From Gemmatimonadaceae bacterium (GTDB taxonomy: Bacteria; Gemmatimonadota; Gemmatimonadetes; Gemmatimonadales; Gemmatimonadaceae), in contig JBHYGA010000007.1 of NCBI GenBank assembly GCA_051859245.1, positions 1 through 64,000 on the forward strand: 64,000 bases of DNA, given 5' to 3'. The position numbers were made by a program, and so were the translations under genes. Of this stretch, positions 8,921-18,447 are shown in pieces. Numbering within the stretch: position 1 is the stretch's first letter; every line of letters begins with the position of its first letter. The notes beneath the pieces are model-generated. The model was not told where the DNA came from, did no database searches, and saw only the letters and a program-made list of their open reading frames with translations.

Positions 8921-10198
8921 TCACGCACGTGGCAGCAGTCCAAGCCACTCGGCTTCGCGCGTGCCGTAATCGGGGAACACACGATCCAGCGACTTGCCAC
9001 CGAGATGTCGTGCGGTGACTTCGCTGAATACCGCACGGAAATCGGTCGTGAGTGCGAGATCGCGCCCTTCGTACAACTGCTCGCGCTCGAGTCCGGGCCA
9101 CTTGCCGAGCACTTTCTGCTTGCTCGACAAGTTGCCGCCGAGCACAAACATTGCACCAGCGTGACCATGGTCTGTGCCGCCCGTACCGTTCTGGCGAACA
9201 GTGCGGCCAAACTCGGACATGGTGAGAATCACCACGTCATCCATGCGATCGCCAAGGTCCGTGACCAGCGCGGCGACGGACTGTGCGAAGTCGCCGAGAC
9301 GATTGGCAAGCTGACCCTGTGCGCCACCCTGGTTCACGTGCGTATCCCAGCCGCCCACGTCGGCAAAGGCCACTTCAAGGCCAACGTTCGACTTGATGAG
9401 CTGCGCGATTTGCTGCAGGCGCTGACCGAATGGTGAGCGCGGATAGTTAGCACCGGCAACCGGGCGATACTGCAACGGATTTGCTGAGCGCAGCATTTTC
9501 ATCGCTTCGAACATGTCGGAGCCAGAGCCGTGTACAAGATCCGCCTTGCCGGTGCGATACAGTGCTTCGAGACGCGCTTCACTGTCTCCGCCGGCCGAAC
9601 GAATCGAGAACTCTTCCAGCGAGTTCATTGCGACCACCGGCGCTGCGCCATCGAGGATGCGCGGCGTCTGCTGTGTCATGGACACGGCACGAAACGGTGA
9701 TGCGTGCGTATCGCAGTTCGCTTCGCAGGTGCCCTGCGTGGCGAGATATCGATTCAGCCAACCGTCGCGCGTACCTTTGCGATCTGGTGTGGCCGATTCC
9801 ATGTAATCTTGCGCGTCAAAGTGCGAGCGTGTTGCACTCGGGCTGCCAACGGCGTGAATCGGCACCAGCAGTCCGCGATCGTACAACGGCTTGAACGGCG
9901 CGAGCGACGGATGCAAGCCAAAGAATCCATCGAGATCAATCGCGCCCGCCGCTGCAGCGCCGCGCGTTGGCGCCGCGACAGCGAGCTGCGGACGAGCGCT
10001 GTAGTAGGCTTTTTCACCAAACGGCACCACAACGTTCAGTGCGTCGGCCGCGCCGCGCTGAAAGAGACAGATCAGCGTTTTCCCTTTGGCCGCTTGGGGT
10101 AGCGACATGCCCATCACGGTGCGTTCAAGGAACGAGGGCGACAGCCCCATCGTGACCAGTGCGAGCGCACCCGACTTCAAAAAGACTCGGCGTTGCAT
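8921..10198 (-). CDS. DUF1501 family protein with Tat signal
   Basis: MQRRVFLK twin-Arg, RSHFDAQ, GGWDTH, SEFGRT, GTDHG. Confidence 0.9.
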   Translation of the reverse strand: MQRRVFLKSGALALVTMGLSPSFLERTVMGMSLPQAAKGKTLICLFQRGAADALNVVVPFGEKAYYSARPQLAVAAPTRGAAAAGAIDLDGFFGLHPSLAPFKPLYDRGLLVPIHAVGSPSATRSHFDAQDYMESATPDRKGTRDGWLNRYLATQGTCEANCDTHASPFRAVSMTQQTPRILDGAAPVVAMNSLEEFSIRSAGGDSEARLEALYRTGKADLVHGSGSDMFEAMKMLRSANPLQYRPVAGANYPRSPFGQRLQQIAQLIKSNVGLEVAFADVGGWDTHVNQGGAQGQLANRLGDFAQSVAALVTDLGDRMDDVVILTMSEFGRTVRQNGTGGTDHGHAGAMFVLGGNLSSKQKVLGKWPGLEREQLYEGRDLALTTDFRAVFSEVTARHLGGKSLDRVFPDYGTREAEWLGLLPRA

Positions 10199-10228
10199 GT
10201 GTGTAGTCCTCTGTGTGTCGGTGTGTGA

Positions 10229-12271
10229 TTATCGGCGCTGAAACTCGGGCGCACCGATCGCGAGCCCAACGAGTTTCGGAAATCCGGTGAGTTCTGGCAG
10301 TGTCGCCGCGTTGGCACGACGGCGCTCCTGCCGTTCCTGTCGAATTTGTGCAGGCGGTGGTGTCATCATGTTGTTCGCCGCGCTCATGTCATCATCGTCG
10401 CGAAACAGGGAATCGGATCCAGCGGGCGCACGAGACAGCAGCGGATTATCACCGTTCGTCAGAATCGCCCGCGTATCGGCAGAGACATTGCCTCCAAAGA
10501 GCGCGCGCACCAATCCGTCCACTTGTTCATTCGGTGTTTTGTTCGCGAGTTCGCGTGCCGTTGTCCACTGTGCGAGACGCGCACCTGGCAAACGACCGGC
10601 ACCAACGGCGAGTCCAAAGTTCATGCGGTTGAGAATCGAGCCCGTATTGATCCATTCGTCGGCCATGTCGGGATAGCCATCGGGTGTGGCGCGACCGTAG
10701 ATCGGCTGCCCCATGCGGGCGATCAACTGCACGGTGCCCTGCGTGACATCGGGCTGACCACCGAGTGCGCGCGAGGCGCTGACCACGAGTTCAAACGGTG
10801 TCTTCACCTTGGCGCGATACGCGTCTTCGGCAAAAAACTCGTCGCTGGTGACGATCGTGCGCATCACTTCGCGCAGATCACCCTTGGTGCGTGTGAATGT
10901 GGCAGCTGCACGATCGATCAAACTCTCGGGTGGTTCGTCGCTCACGAACCGGCGCACAAGTTTTGTTGCAATGAAACGCGCGGTGCTTGGATGATTGGCC
11001 AGCAGATCGAGTACACGCTCGCCTTCATCCTGGCCTTTGCCAGCCGGAAATGCCTGACCAAGAATTGTCTTGGCTTCGGCGTCGTGCGTTTCCGGGCGGA
11101 AGACAAACTCACCGCCCTGAGCGGCTCCGCGGCTCAGTGTCCATCCGGTGAGCGCACGCGCGACTTCCATCACATCCTGTTGTGTATAGCCACCGTCCAC
11201 GCCAAGCGTGTGCAGTTCCATAAGCTCGCGTGCGTAGTTCTCGTTGATGCCGCGTGGACGACGCGGATTGGCCGCGAGCTGCGCCATGAACTCCTGCGCC
11301 TGCGTCAACGTCATGTCGCGCACGCGCTGATACTGTTCGGGCGGCAGCGCCATGATGCGCTGCTTCTGCTGCTCGGGCAGTCGGTCACGATCAATCAACT
11401 GTCCAACGGTGGTGCGATCCATCAATGCACGCTGACCCGCACGGATGTTGCGCTGCGGCGTGCGCGGCTGCACGAGCGTACGGCGTCCGCTGTCGGCGAC
11501 ACTCTGTGCCTGATCAAGGTACGTGAGCATGGCCGGGCTCTTGGCCACCGCACCGAGCAGCTCGCGGAAGTTGCCGAGCACGTGCGGACGAATGGCGGTG
11601 TGTTCAAACTCGGCCAGGTAGTATCGTGTTTGCTGTTTGCCAGCAAACACGTTGAAGTGATTGGCCCAGAAGTCGACCAGCACTTCCTGCAACTGTCGTT
11701 CACTGGCAACTGCGCGTCCGGTACGCGCAATAAACAACTCGGCGCTCGCCCGCTGTCCTTCACGCGCTTCCTCGCGCAGTTTCGCGGAATCTGCGGGCGA
11801 GAGCGTGAACGTACGCGCGGCGTCACCATTGGCGGGCGTCATGCCGGCACGTGGTGCGCCCATTTCGCGCTGCTGCTGCGCGAGCGCTTGTCGTACCTGT
11901 TGTCCTGGCGGCGGATACTTGGCCAGAAACTGCGCGCCCGTCATCGTGAGTGTCGGGAAACGTGTCAGCCACGTATCCATCGTGGCATCGTTGATTTTTT
12001 CGGGATAAAGTTGCTGCGTAATCCACGCGTCGACGCCCATGCTGCGCACCTTTTCCACGTCTCCCGGACGCGGACCGAAAGCGAGCCGGTTGAGCGCGTG
12101 CTGGACCTGCTGATCAGCGGTCTGTTCGCGGCCCGCCGGCGAGGCCGAGGCCATCTGCTGGGCGTGCAGCGGCGCCAGCGCGATCAGCGTGCTCATCGCG
12201 GTGGCGGCCATCGACGCGATTCGGAGGGTGGCCCAGCGCGAATCACGCGGGCGCATAACGGAAGATTTCAT
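10229..12271 (-). CDS. DUF1800 family protein
   Basis: HALNRLAFGPRPG, FWANHFNV, SPAMLTYLD, NENYARELMELHTLG; usual partner of DUF1501. Confidence 0.9.
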   Translation of the reverse strand: MKSSVMRPRDSRWATLRIASMAATAMSTLIALAPLHAQQMASASPAGREQTADQQVQHALNRLAFGPRPGDVEKVRSMGVDAWITQQLYPEKINDATMDTWLTRFPTLTMTGAQFLAKYPPPGQQVRQALAQQQREMGAPRAGMTPANGDAARTFTLSPADSAKLREEAREGQRASAELFIARTGRAVASERQLQEVLVDFWANHFNVFAGKQQTRYYLAEFEHTAIRPHVLGNFRELLGAVAKSPAMLTYLDQAQSVADSGRRTLVQPRTPQRNIRAGQRALMDRTTVGQLIDRDRLPEQQKQRIMALPPEQYQRVRDMTLTQAQEFMAQLAANPRRPRGINENYARELMELHTLGVDGGYTQQDVMEVARALTGWTLSRGAAQGGEFVFRPETHDAEAKTILGQAFPAGKGQDEGERVLDLLANHPSTARFIATKLVRRFVSDEPPESLIDRAAATFTRTKGDLREVMRTIVTSDEFFAEDAYRAKVKTPFELVVSASRALGGQPDVTQGTVQLIARMGQPIYGRATPDGYPDMADEWINTGSILNRMNFGLAVGAGRLPGARLAQWTTARELANKTPNEQVDGLVRALFGGNVSADTRAILTNGDNPLLSRAPAGSDSLFRDDDDMSAANNMMTPPPAQIRQERQERRRANAATLPELTGFPKLVGLAIGAPEFQRR

Positions 12272-12428
12272 GGTCAGGCTCGGGCAAGGAGGGCGAAGTC
12301 ATACTACCCCGGACACCTGAATGGACGTTCGCACCGCGGGCGCGTTAACGCACGTTCCGTTTCAAACGTTGTAACGATCCTTGCCGAGCGGCCTTGAGCT
12401 CGGCTGCGGTATCCGATTGCTTTGATCC

Positions 12429-12905
12429 ATGGCTCAGGTTTCCCGCGCACGTCCCGGCACGGCCGGATTGTTGGTTCTGATGGCGACTACGGGAGCCCTG
12501 CTCGCGTTTGGCTGGCAGGACGGCACTCCGAGCAAGGCATTTCGCAATGTTGGTCGCATGCTGCTGGAGTCGCGCGAGTTTCCCCCCGCGGCGCTACCGG
12601 CGGTGGCGACGGCCGTGGGGGTGACGCATCACCTGGTCTTGTCGGCGATCTGGGGTGCGCTCCTGATGCTGATCGTGCGCCGCTTTCACGGGCTCGCGTT
12701 CGTGCTGGCCGCGCTCCTTGTTTCGATGGTATTTGTGGCGCTGAATCTTTGGCTGATACCGCCGATACTCGGAGTTGGTTACGCGGTGGTGACCAGCCTG
12801 GCGCGCGCGATTCCGTTTGCGCTCGCGATTGCCGCTGCGTTGCTGGTCACCCCATGGGCTTCAGGGGTACCCGAAGAGCACCCGGCGCCGGCACCATTTG
12901 CCTGA
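12429..12905 (+). CDS. Hypothetical membrane protein
   Basis: About 4 hydrophobic segments; divergent from the DUF1800 gene. Confidence 0.65.
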   Translation: MAQVSRARPGTAGLLVLMATTGALLAFGWQDGTPSKAFRNVGRMLLESREFPPAALPAVATAVGVTHHLVLSAIWGALLMLIVRRFHGLAFVLAALLVSMVFVALNLWLIPPILGVGYAVVTSLARAIPFALAIAAALLVTPWASGVPEEHPAPAPFA

Positions 12906-13009
12906 TCAGGATCACACATTGTCGTGACCTGACGAGCCTCTCGTGGGGTACAGGGTGCAGCAACGTTGCTGTGACGCAATTGATGCCGACCACGTGATCT
13001 TCGTCACGC

Positions 13010-13024
13010 TGGCACCATCATTGC
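13010..13024 (+). promoter_or_regulatory. Sigma54 (RpoN) -24/-12 promoter
   Basis: TGGCAC-catca-TTGC is an exact TGGCAC-N5-TTGC match, about 105 nt upstream of an ATG with an AGGAGG RBS. Confidence 0.65.
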
Positions 13025-13128
13025 ACAGGATATCGTTGCGTAGTGGCGGTGCAGACCGTCTGCTCAGTGAATCGGCGCGCTCGGCGCTGCTTCACACCGC
13101 TCCTTTTCCCTTTGGCCAGGAGGCTGCA

Positions 13129-13686
13129 ATGGATGTGCTCGTCCGACTCGAGAATGGTCGGACCGATTCGCCGGTACTCGCGCACGTGAACTCGCTTCCC
13201 GTGCTCCCCTTCGGCACTCGTTCCCGTCGTGAAGTGGTCACGCTGTATGGTGTGGCGGACGCGAACGCACTCGCACTCGCGCTGGCCGCGACCGTGGAGA
13301 GTGAGCGGCTTGAAGAGGCGCGTAGTGGAGTGGTACGGCATCTTGGTGTCTGGTCAGATCGGGGCGCGTTGGGTGACTCGGCGTGGCGGGATGCCGCCGG
13401 TCGGTTGGTCACGCGTGATCTCGATATTCCGCTGGCTACGCTCCAGTTGCGTGCGGCCGAACTGCTCGGCGAGAATGGCCCCGCGCTTCGGCGTGTGGCG
13501 GCAGGTCTGTCCATGCCCGATTGGCCGGAAGGCACGGATCGGGCGCTCAGCTTTACGCTGGGCACGTTGTATGCGACAGCGGCCAGTGGTGGCTCGCTGA
13601 ATCGCCTTGATGACGCCGGCGCCGAGCATTGGCTCGATAACATGCGTGCCGCCGATGCATTCGCGTTTGATGTGGAGGGCGACTAA
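13129..13686 (+). CDS. Hypothetical protein
   Basis: Strong RBS aggagg before ATG 13129; 185 aa; no family recognised. Confidence 0.7.
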   Translation: MDVLVRLENGRTDSPVLAHVNSLPVLPFGTRSRREVVTLYGVADANALALALAATVESERLEEARSGVVRHLGVWSDRGALGDSAWRDAAGRLVTRDLDIPLATLQLRAAELLGENGPALRRVAAGLSMPDWPEGTDRALSFTLGTLYATAASGGSLNRLDDAGAEHWLDNMRAADAFAFDVEGD

Positions 13687-13733
13687 CGGATCCTGATTCG
13701 TCTGATTTGTTGGTCCATGTTCGCTGATGTGCG

Positions 13734-13764
13734 CGCGGGCCGCTCCTGACTGGAGCGGCCCGCG
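13734..13764. terminator. Hairpin between convergent genes, likely terminator
   Basis: cgcgggccgctcc-tgact-ggagcggcccgcg perfect 13-bp stem. Confidence 0.6.
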
Positions 13765-13789
13765 TTGCGTTACAGCGCTGATTCGCGCG

Positions 13790-14140
13790 TCAGCCTCGCC
13801 TGACAGCGGGACCCGGCAGCACCTCAACCGCCAGCGAGAATGATCGCGATTGCCCGCTTGGCAGCGCGCCAACCTCCACGAGCTGGCGCGTCACTTCCTC
13901 GCCATTGGCGTTCTTCACCACCACGAGCAGGTTGTACTCCCACGTTTCGCCCGTGGGTGGCTGAATCGTGCCCTCCACGCGAAATGGGGACACCGACGGT
14001 TTGGTGCGCGTATTCGCGTCGGGATCATGCCGCAAATGCTTCTGACATTGCGGACACCTCACGGCGCGCTCCAGCACGGTGGTTCGACAGTGTGGACACG
14101 TGCGCGTGGCGCCCGGCACCGCCGTGCGCGTGGTGCTCAT
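13790..14140 (-). CDS. Zinc-ribbon plus small beta-sandwich (FxLYD-like) protein
   Basis: CPHC-x10-CPQC, then VEGTI...VVVKNANGEEV...LPSGQSRSFSL. Confidence 0.65.
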   Translation of the reverse strand: MSTTRTAVPGATRTCPHCRTTVLERAVRCPQCQKHLRHDPDANTRTKPSVSPFRVEGTIQPPTGETWEYNLLVVVKNANGEEVTRQLVEVGALPSGQSRSFSLAVEVLPGPAVRRG

Positions 14141-14147
14141 GACGGGC

Positions 14148-14714
14148 TCATGATGTGCTGAGTGCCTCGCTGCCATTCTTCAACGCCTGATCGGTCGGCG
14201 CCGGATTGTTGATGGCATTGCTCACGCGCGATGGAGCGGTGCGTGCTTTGCCACTTCCTTCGACGGCGCCACAATCGATGTGTCCGCGCACGCGCGAGCC
14301 CGCCGCAATCGTCAGCGTATCGGCTTTCAGATCGCCGATCAGTGCGCCGGACGCGAGCACGTCCACACGTGACGCCTGCAGTACGTCGCCTTCCAGTTCG
14401 CCGGCAATTGTCACCGTTGTCGCGCGCACGCCGCCGGCGAGTTTCGCGCCGGGCTCAATGCTGACCGTGCCGTCTACGGTGACGTCGCCGGTGAAACGTC
14501 CCGCGAGTCGCACGCTGCCGTTGCCCGTGATGGATCCTTCGATCGCGAGGTCGGCGCCAATGATGGATTCCTTCCCCTCGGCGCTACTGCCACGGCTCGG
14601 TGCTGGTGGCGCGTATTCCGGCATGGCCGTGAACACCTCGTCGCGCGTTGCGTTGTCGAGCGGCTTGGGCGCGTCGCTGCGCGGGGGAGCGGTCTGATCT
14701 TTCCAGAGGGCCAT
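14148..14714 (-). CDS. Bactofilin (polymer-forming cytoskeletal protein)
   Basis: ESIIGADLAIEGSITGNGSVRLAGRFTGDV beta-helix repeats. Confidence 0.9.
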   Translation of the reverse strand: MALWKDQTAPPRSDAPKPLDNATRDEVFTAMPEYAPPAPSRGSSAEGKESIIGADLAIEGSITGNGSVRLAGRFTGDVTVDGTVSIEPGAKLAGGVRATTVTIAGELEGDVLQASRVDVLASGALIGDLKADTLTIAAGSRVRGHIDCGAVEGSGKARTAPSRVSNAINNPAPTDQALKNGSEALSTS

Positions 14715-14910
14715 GACGAAGTCTCCAAGAGGGGGAAACTGTAACGGTGGCCTGCACCGGCGGGCTCGGCTGTCACGCGGGTCACAGTGTGCTCAAGCCC
14801 ACTGAACGAGAGCGGCGTGCTTCGTAGGGGAAGACCTGCTTCACGTACGAAGGTGCGCTCGTAGCTTGACTGTCTGGTTTGTGTGCCGACACCTTTTCCC
14901 GCGAGAGCGC

Positions 14911-15450
14911 ATGTCTACGCCGTCGTCAATGTCCGCCGCAGTACGTGCCGTGTCTCCAGGTCTTGTGTTCGCCGTACTCACGTTACTGTTCGGTTTCGGA
15001 TTAGGCGTGGTATTCGGCCTGAATGAAGACGCCATCAAGTCGCGATTGAACGCGAGTGCGGCTGCCGTGGCAACAACCGCGTACAACGGTGACGCCGCAG
15101 CGCAGAAGGCGGTGGTCGACAAGTCGTGGGCCTACATGCAGCGCGCGCACTTGCACGCCGGGAGTCTTGGGGTCGTGGCAATTGCGTTGAGCCTGCTCAT
15201 GGTGTCGATTGGCACCGGTCGCGCTGTTGCGCGTGTGCTTGGCGTTGCGCTTGGCGCAGGATCGCTCGGCTACAGTGTGTTCTGGATGTGGGCGGGTTTT
15301 CGAGCGCCGGGACTTGGCGGCACTGGAGCGGCCAAGGAATCGCTTGCCTGGCTGGCTATTCCGTCGTCGGGCGCAGTGGTTGCCGCGACCACTGTTGTGC
15401 TGGTGCTGCTGATCCGCGCGTGGATGCGTTCTACGTCAGCCGATCAATGA
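14911..15450 (+). CDS. Hypothetical membrane protein
   Basis: 4 TM segments; RAHLHAG His motif. Confidence 0.7.
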   Translation: MSTPSSMSAAVRAVSPGLVFAVLTLLFGFGLGVVFGLNEDAIKSRLNASAAAVATTAYNGDAAAQKAVVDKSWAYMQRAHLHAGSLGVVAIALSLLMVSIGTGRAVARVLGVALGAGSLGYSVFWMWAGFRAPGLGGTGAAKESLAWLAIPSSGAVVAATTVVLVLLIRAWMRSTSADQ

Positions 15451-15545
15451 TGGCGGCAAGTTGTGCGAGGCGCACCGGCTTTTCGACCACGACCACATCA
15501 TCGCGGTCAAGAAACGCGCTGTATTCGTAATCCGCGTTGACCGAA
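15431..15545 (-). pseudogene. Possible C-terminal remnant of a response-regulator receiver domain
   Basis: AFLDRDDVVVVEKPVRLAQLAAIIDRL resembles the KP motif and final helix of REC domains; no N-terminal part seen. Confidence 0.35.
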
Positions 15546-15714
15546 GCCACGGTGCCACCTTGCTGCACGTGCCGTGCCGACAGATCACGCTGGGAATGCG
15601 TGCCAGCGTGGGTTGAACAGATGCCGCCGGGTACGTCGCACGGCATCTGTGAGGTGTGCTTTGACTGCTACTATCCAGACGACGAAAACTGGTAGCGGTG
15701 TGCGACAAGTACGA

Positions 15715-16224
15715 TCAGAAGGACACGCGACCGTGATCTGATTCCATGTCGCCAGCATCGCCAGTGATCGCACCCTTTACGAGCGATATCAGCGACGCAA
15801 CCTTGCCGCCGGGTGTGTCCCAGTACTCCGCTTCTTCGACGTCTACTCGCATCAGGCAGAGGTCAGGATCCTCGGCGCTGTCAAACCATGATTTCATCCA
15901 CACGCTCCACATGGCTCGCATGCGATCGCGATCATTGTCGATCGTTGCGGTGCCCACCACCGACAGATAGCTCTCGCTCGCGCTCTTCATATACACGACA
16001 TTGACCTGTGGGTTGTTCGTCACGTCGCGCACTTTCGGCGAGTTGCGATCGGTGAAGAACCAGAGCGTACCGCTAAACTCGTCTCCCTGTGTCGCCATGG
16101 GACGGCTGTTTGGTATGCCACGCTCGTCAATGGTAACGAGCATGGCCATGCGCTGATCCTTGATGAGTTCGGCGATCTTCTGCACGCCTTCCGCGTGATC
16201 GGGACGGGCCACTGGTTCGGACAT
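15715..16224 (-). CDS. General stress protein 26 / pyridoxamine 5'-phosphate oxidase-like
   Basis: AMLVT, SRPMATQ, LWFFT, AEYWD; RBS gggag before ATG 16224. Confidence 0.87.
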   Translation of the reverse strand: MSEPVARPDHAEGVQKIAELIKDQRMAMLVTIDERGIPNSRPMATQGDEFSGTLWFFTDRNSPKVRDVTNNPQVNVVYMKSASESYLSVVGTATIDNDRDRMRAMWSVWMKSWFDSAEDPDLCLMRVDVEEAEYWDTPGGKVASLISLVKGAITGDAGDMESDHGRVSF

Positions 16225-16379
16225 GATACGAACTCCCTGTTCGTGATGGCGACGCGCGTGCCCTGTTCCTGCCAAGCCCGTCGAGAGTGACGGATTCGCG
16301 CGAATCCTTGATCGTAGCGACGGCGAACGTACGTGCACATCTCCGCTGAGAGTGAAATGCACGTACGCCTTGCGGCCGA

Positions 16380-17189
16380 TCATCGACCTTGCAGCAGCTC
16401 CGCGGTCTTTGTTAACTGCTTCGTTCCGATCATATCCACACCCGCGTCGAAGAGTTGTGTGTACACATTCGCGTCGAGCGGCACGTTGTGCGCGCGCACC
16501 AGCACGTGAGGCGCGGAGTCCTTGGCGGCGCGAATGGCTGCGAGCCAGCGCCGTCGCGCGCCAGCAGTCACCCACCACCGCCCGATGGTCTTGCCGTAGT
16601 CAATGCTGTGCAGTTGAACGCGCGCATTGAGCGGCGCCGGCACAGATGAACGCGAAATGCGCTCCTGCCAGCCCAGTAGACTATCGACACCTGTGTTATC
16701 GGTGAGCGTACGCGGATGCCAGCCCACCAGCACGATCATAAGCGTTGGTGACTGGGCAGCGGCTGATCGTGTGGCGCGAAGAAGCGCTTCGTGACGTGCA
16801 AGCACGGACAGCAGCGAGTCATACGCCGCGGGGGATCGCTCCTTCAGCTCAATCGCGAGCACGAATGACACGCGTGAGTGTGGCACGGGTGCGCAACGCG
16901 CGATGAGCTCTTGCAACGGCCGCAGATACAGGAACTCAAGCGTGCTGCCATTACGTGCGGATCGTTTGTCATGACCAACACGTAACGCACCATCAACAAG
17001 AAAAACATCGGCTTCGACGCCACGAAAGCCGAGTGAAACGGCATCAGCGAGCGGCCGCGCGTTTTCGTAGTCGTTGTGCGAGTACGCGGGCAGCTGGCCG
17101 CTCAGGCAATCGCTTTGCGCGGTGACGCGCGTGGAGATTGCCAGCAACAGCGGGGGAATCGTACACAACCGAAGAAGGAGCGTGCGCAC
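16380..17189 (-). CDS. Secreted PLC-like / GDPD-like phosphodiesterase
   Basis: Signal peptide, YSHNDY, GFRGVEADVFL, VGHD, TLEFLYL, IELK, GVDMIGT. Confidence 0.75.
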   Translation of the reverse strand: MRTLLLRLCTIPPLLLAISTRVTAQSDCLSGQLPAYSHNDYENARPLADAVSLGFRGVEADVFLVDGALRVGHDKRSARNGSTLEFLYLRPLQELIARCAPVPHSRVSFVLAIELKERSPAAYDSLLSVLARHEALLRATRSAAAQSPTLMIVLVGWHPRTLTDNTGVDSLLGWQERISRSSVPAPLNARVQLHSIDYGKTIGRWWVTAGARRRWLAAIRAAKDSAPHVLVRAHNVPLDANVYTQLFDAGVDMIGTKQLTKTAELLQGR

Positions 17190-17349
17190 GGCGGCTCACA
17201 AAAGCGTGGCGAATACTGACTCTCGCAACATACTGCGACGTACGCCACGCGTGCTGGACGTGGCGGGTTCATTCCGCCTGGAGCGCGCAGCGTTTGCGCT
17301 GCCGGTAAACCCGCCGCCGCATAGACCGCGAAACTCAGCGGCAATCGGG

Positions 17350-17450
17350 CCCACGGGTCGTTGAGCACGCCGTTCCCACCGTAATCCGGGGTGGTGCCGG
17401 CGCGAGCCCAGTACTCCCACTCCGCGAAGCGCCACTTCGTCATCGTCACC
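17350..17450 (-). pseudogene. Fragment of a formylglycine-generating enzyme (FGE-sulfatase) domain
   Basis: AEWEYWARAGTTPDYGGNGVLND matches the EAEWEYAARAGTT signature; no other FGE motifs around it. Confidence 0.55.
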
Positions 17451-17609
17451 GGTGGTGGACCCCAGTTAAAATCGCCACCCCTCGCCTTGGCGAACTGTTC
17501 GTCGCCAAAGCCGACGCCGGGTTCGAGCATAGGGAAGACCACGGTCACCGTTCAGTTGTTGGCCGTTGAGCTCATGGCGTGCGAAATTCCAGATTCCTGG
17601 GCTCCATGC

Positions 17610-17640
17610 TTGACACCGATCCGCCAGATCGGAGATTCGT
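17610..17640 (+). promoter_or_regulatory. Possible sigma70 promoter with palindromic spacer, upstream of the DyP/P450 operon
   Basis: TTGACA at 17610 followed by CCGATC-cgcca-GATCGG; -10 element weak. Confidence 0.3.
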
Positions 17641-17670
17641 ACAGCTGAGTTCGCCTACAAATCCCTCCCA

Positions 17671-18447
17671 ATGCCCAACCTTTCCGGCAAGTCGTACGCG
17701 TTCAACGCGATCACTCCGATCTCCACCGGGCGACTGTGGCGCGTGCGGCTCGCGTTTTTCCTGATCTGGCTCGCCTCATTCCGCGTGATTCAGAAGCTGC
17801 TGGGCTTCATTACGTTGGTGGCAGACCAGCAGCGTCTGATCGATCTGTCGTTTATTCACTTTGCGCGATGGACGGTAATTCGTCGGCGCAACTGGGCAAA
17901 CTTTGGCGGGCGACAGCCGTCCAGCTGGCCGCGGTACAACTACATTCTCTTCTGCTCCAACTTCAACGGTGACTGGGAGCAGTACATCGAGGCGTTTTCG
18001 GAAGTGGTGCCCGATGGCATGAACCTCATCTGGGGCAGCAACATCCGGTTTCCTGGCGCCAAGCCGATCACGCCGTTCCTGCAGTACATCCGTCAGAATC
18101 AACTGGATACCGACTACTACTACACGGCGTATCCTGGTGCGTCGGCCACTGACATTCGCGGCGCGCTGGACCTCTCCACGTCGCTCGATCAGTTCGCACG
18201 TACCTCGCTTGCGTTGCCGCCGGATCAGTTTCGTGCCGCATTCGAGCAGTTCCTGAGCGGCATGGCGCGCAATCTGTCCACGACCGGTCCCAATCCGTGG
18301 ATCGTGGATTCAGAGGAACCCATCGAAACGCCGCCATCACGCGGCTCGCTCGCGATGGATCGTAGTGTACGTGCCGTAAACACAGCGCCTTTCGCGTTCT
18401 CATCCGCGCCCGCACCGCGTTCTTCAACCGCAGGGAGCGCGTCGTGA
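17671..18447 (+). CDS. Uncharacterised DyP-associated protein A
   Basis: IHFARW, YILFCSNFNGDW, YYYTAYPGAS; colinear with the next ORF. Confidence 0.8.
   Translation: MPNLSGKSYAFNAITPISTGRLWRVRLAFFLIWLASFRVIQKLLGFITLVADQQRLIDLSFIHFARWTVIRRRNWANFGGRQPSSWPRYNYILFCSNFNGDWEQYIEAFSEVVPDGMNLIWGSNIRFPGAKPITPFLQYIRQNQLDTDYYYTAYPGASATDIRGALDLSTSLDQFARTSLALPPDQFRAAFEQFLSGMARNLSTTGPNPWIVDSEEPIETPPSRGSLAMDRSVRAVNTAPFAFSSAPAPRSSTAGSAS

Noticed and set aside
8911..9210. N-terminal extension of the serine hydrolase ORF
   Set aside because: Overlaps the DUF1501 gene; the signal peptide begins after 8910
10346..12397. 683-aa ORF antisense to the DUF1800 gene
   Set aside because: Shadow ORF expected from high-GC codon bias; no motifs; the opposite strand is a clear family member
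12915..13000. Possible ZTP-type riboswitch (gtcgtgac...gccgacc)
   Set aside because: Conserved core and pseudoknot elements not found
16249..16263. Second sigma54-like site (GGGCACG-N4-TCGC) before the general stress protein
   Set aside because: Two mismatches, and the implied TSS falls on the RBS
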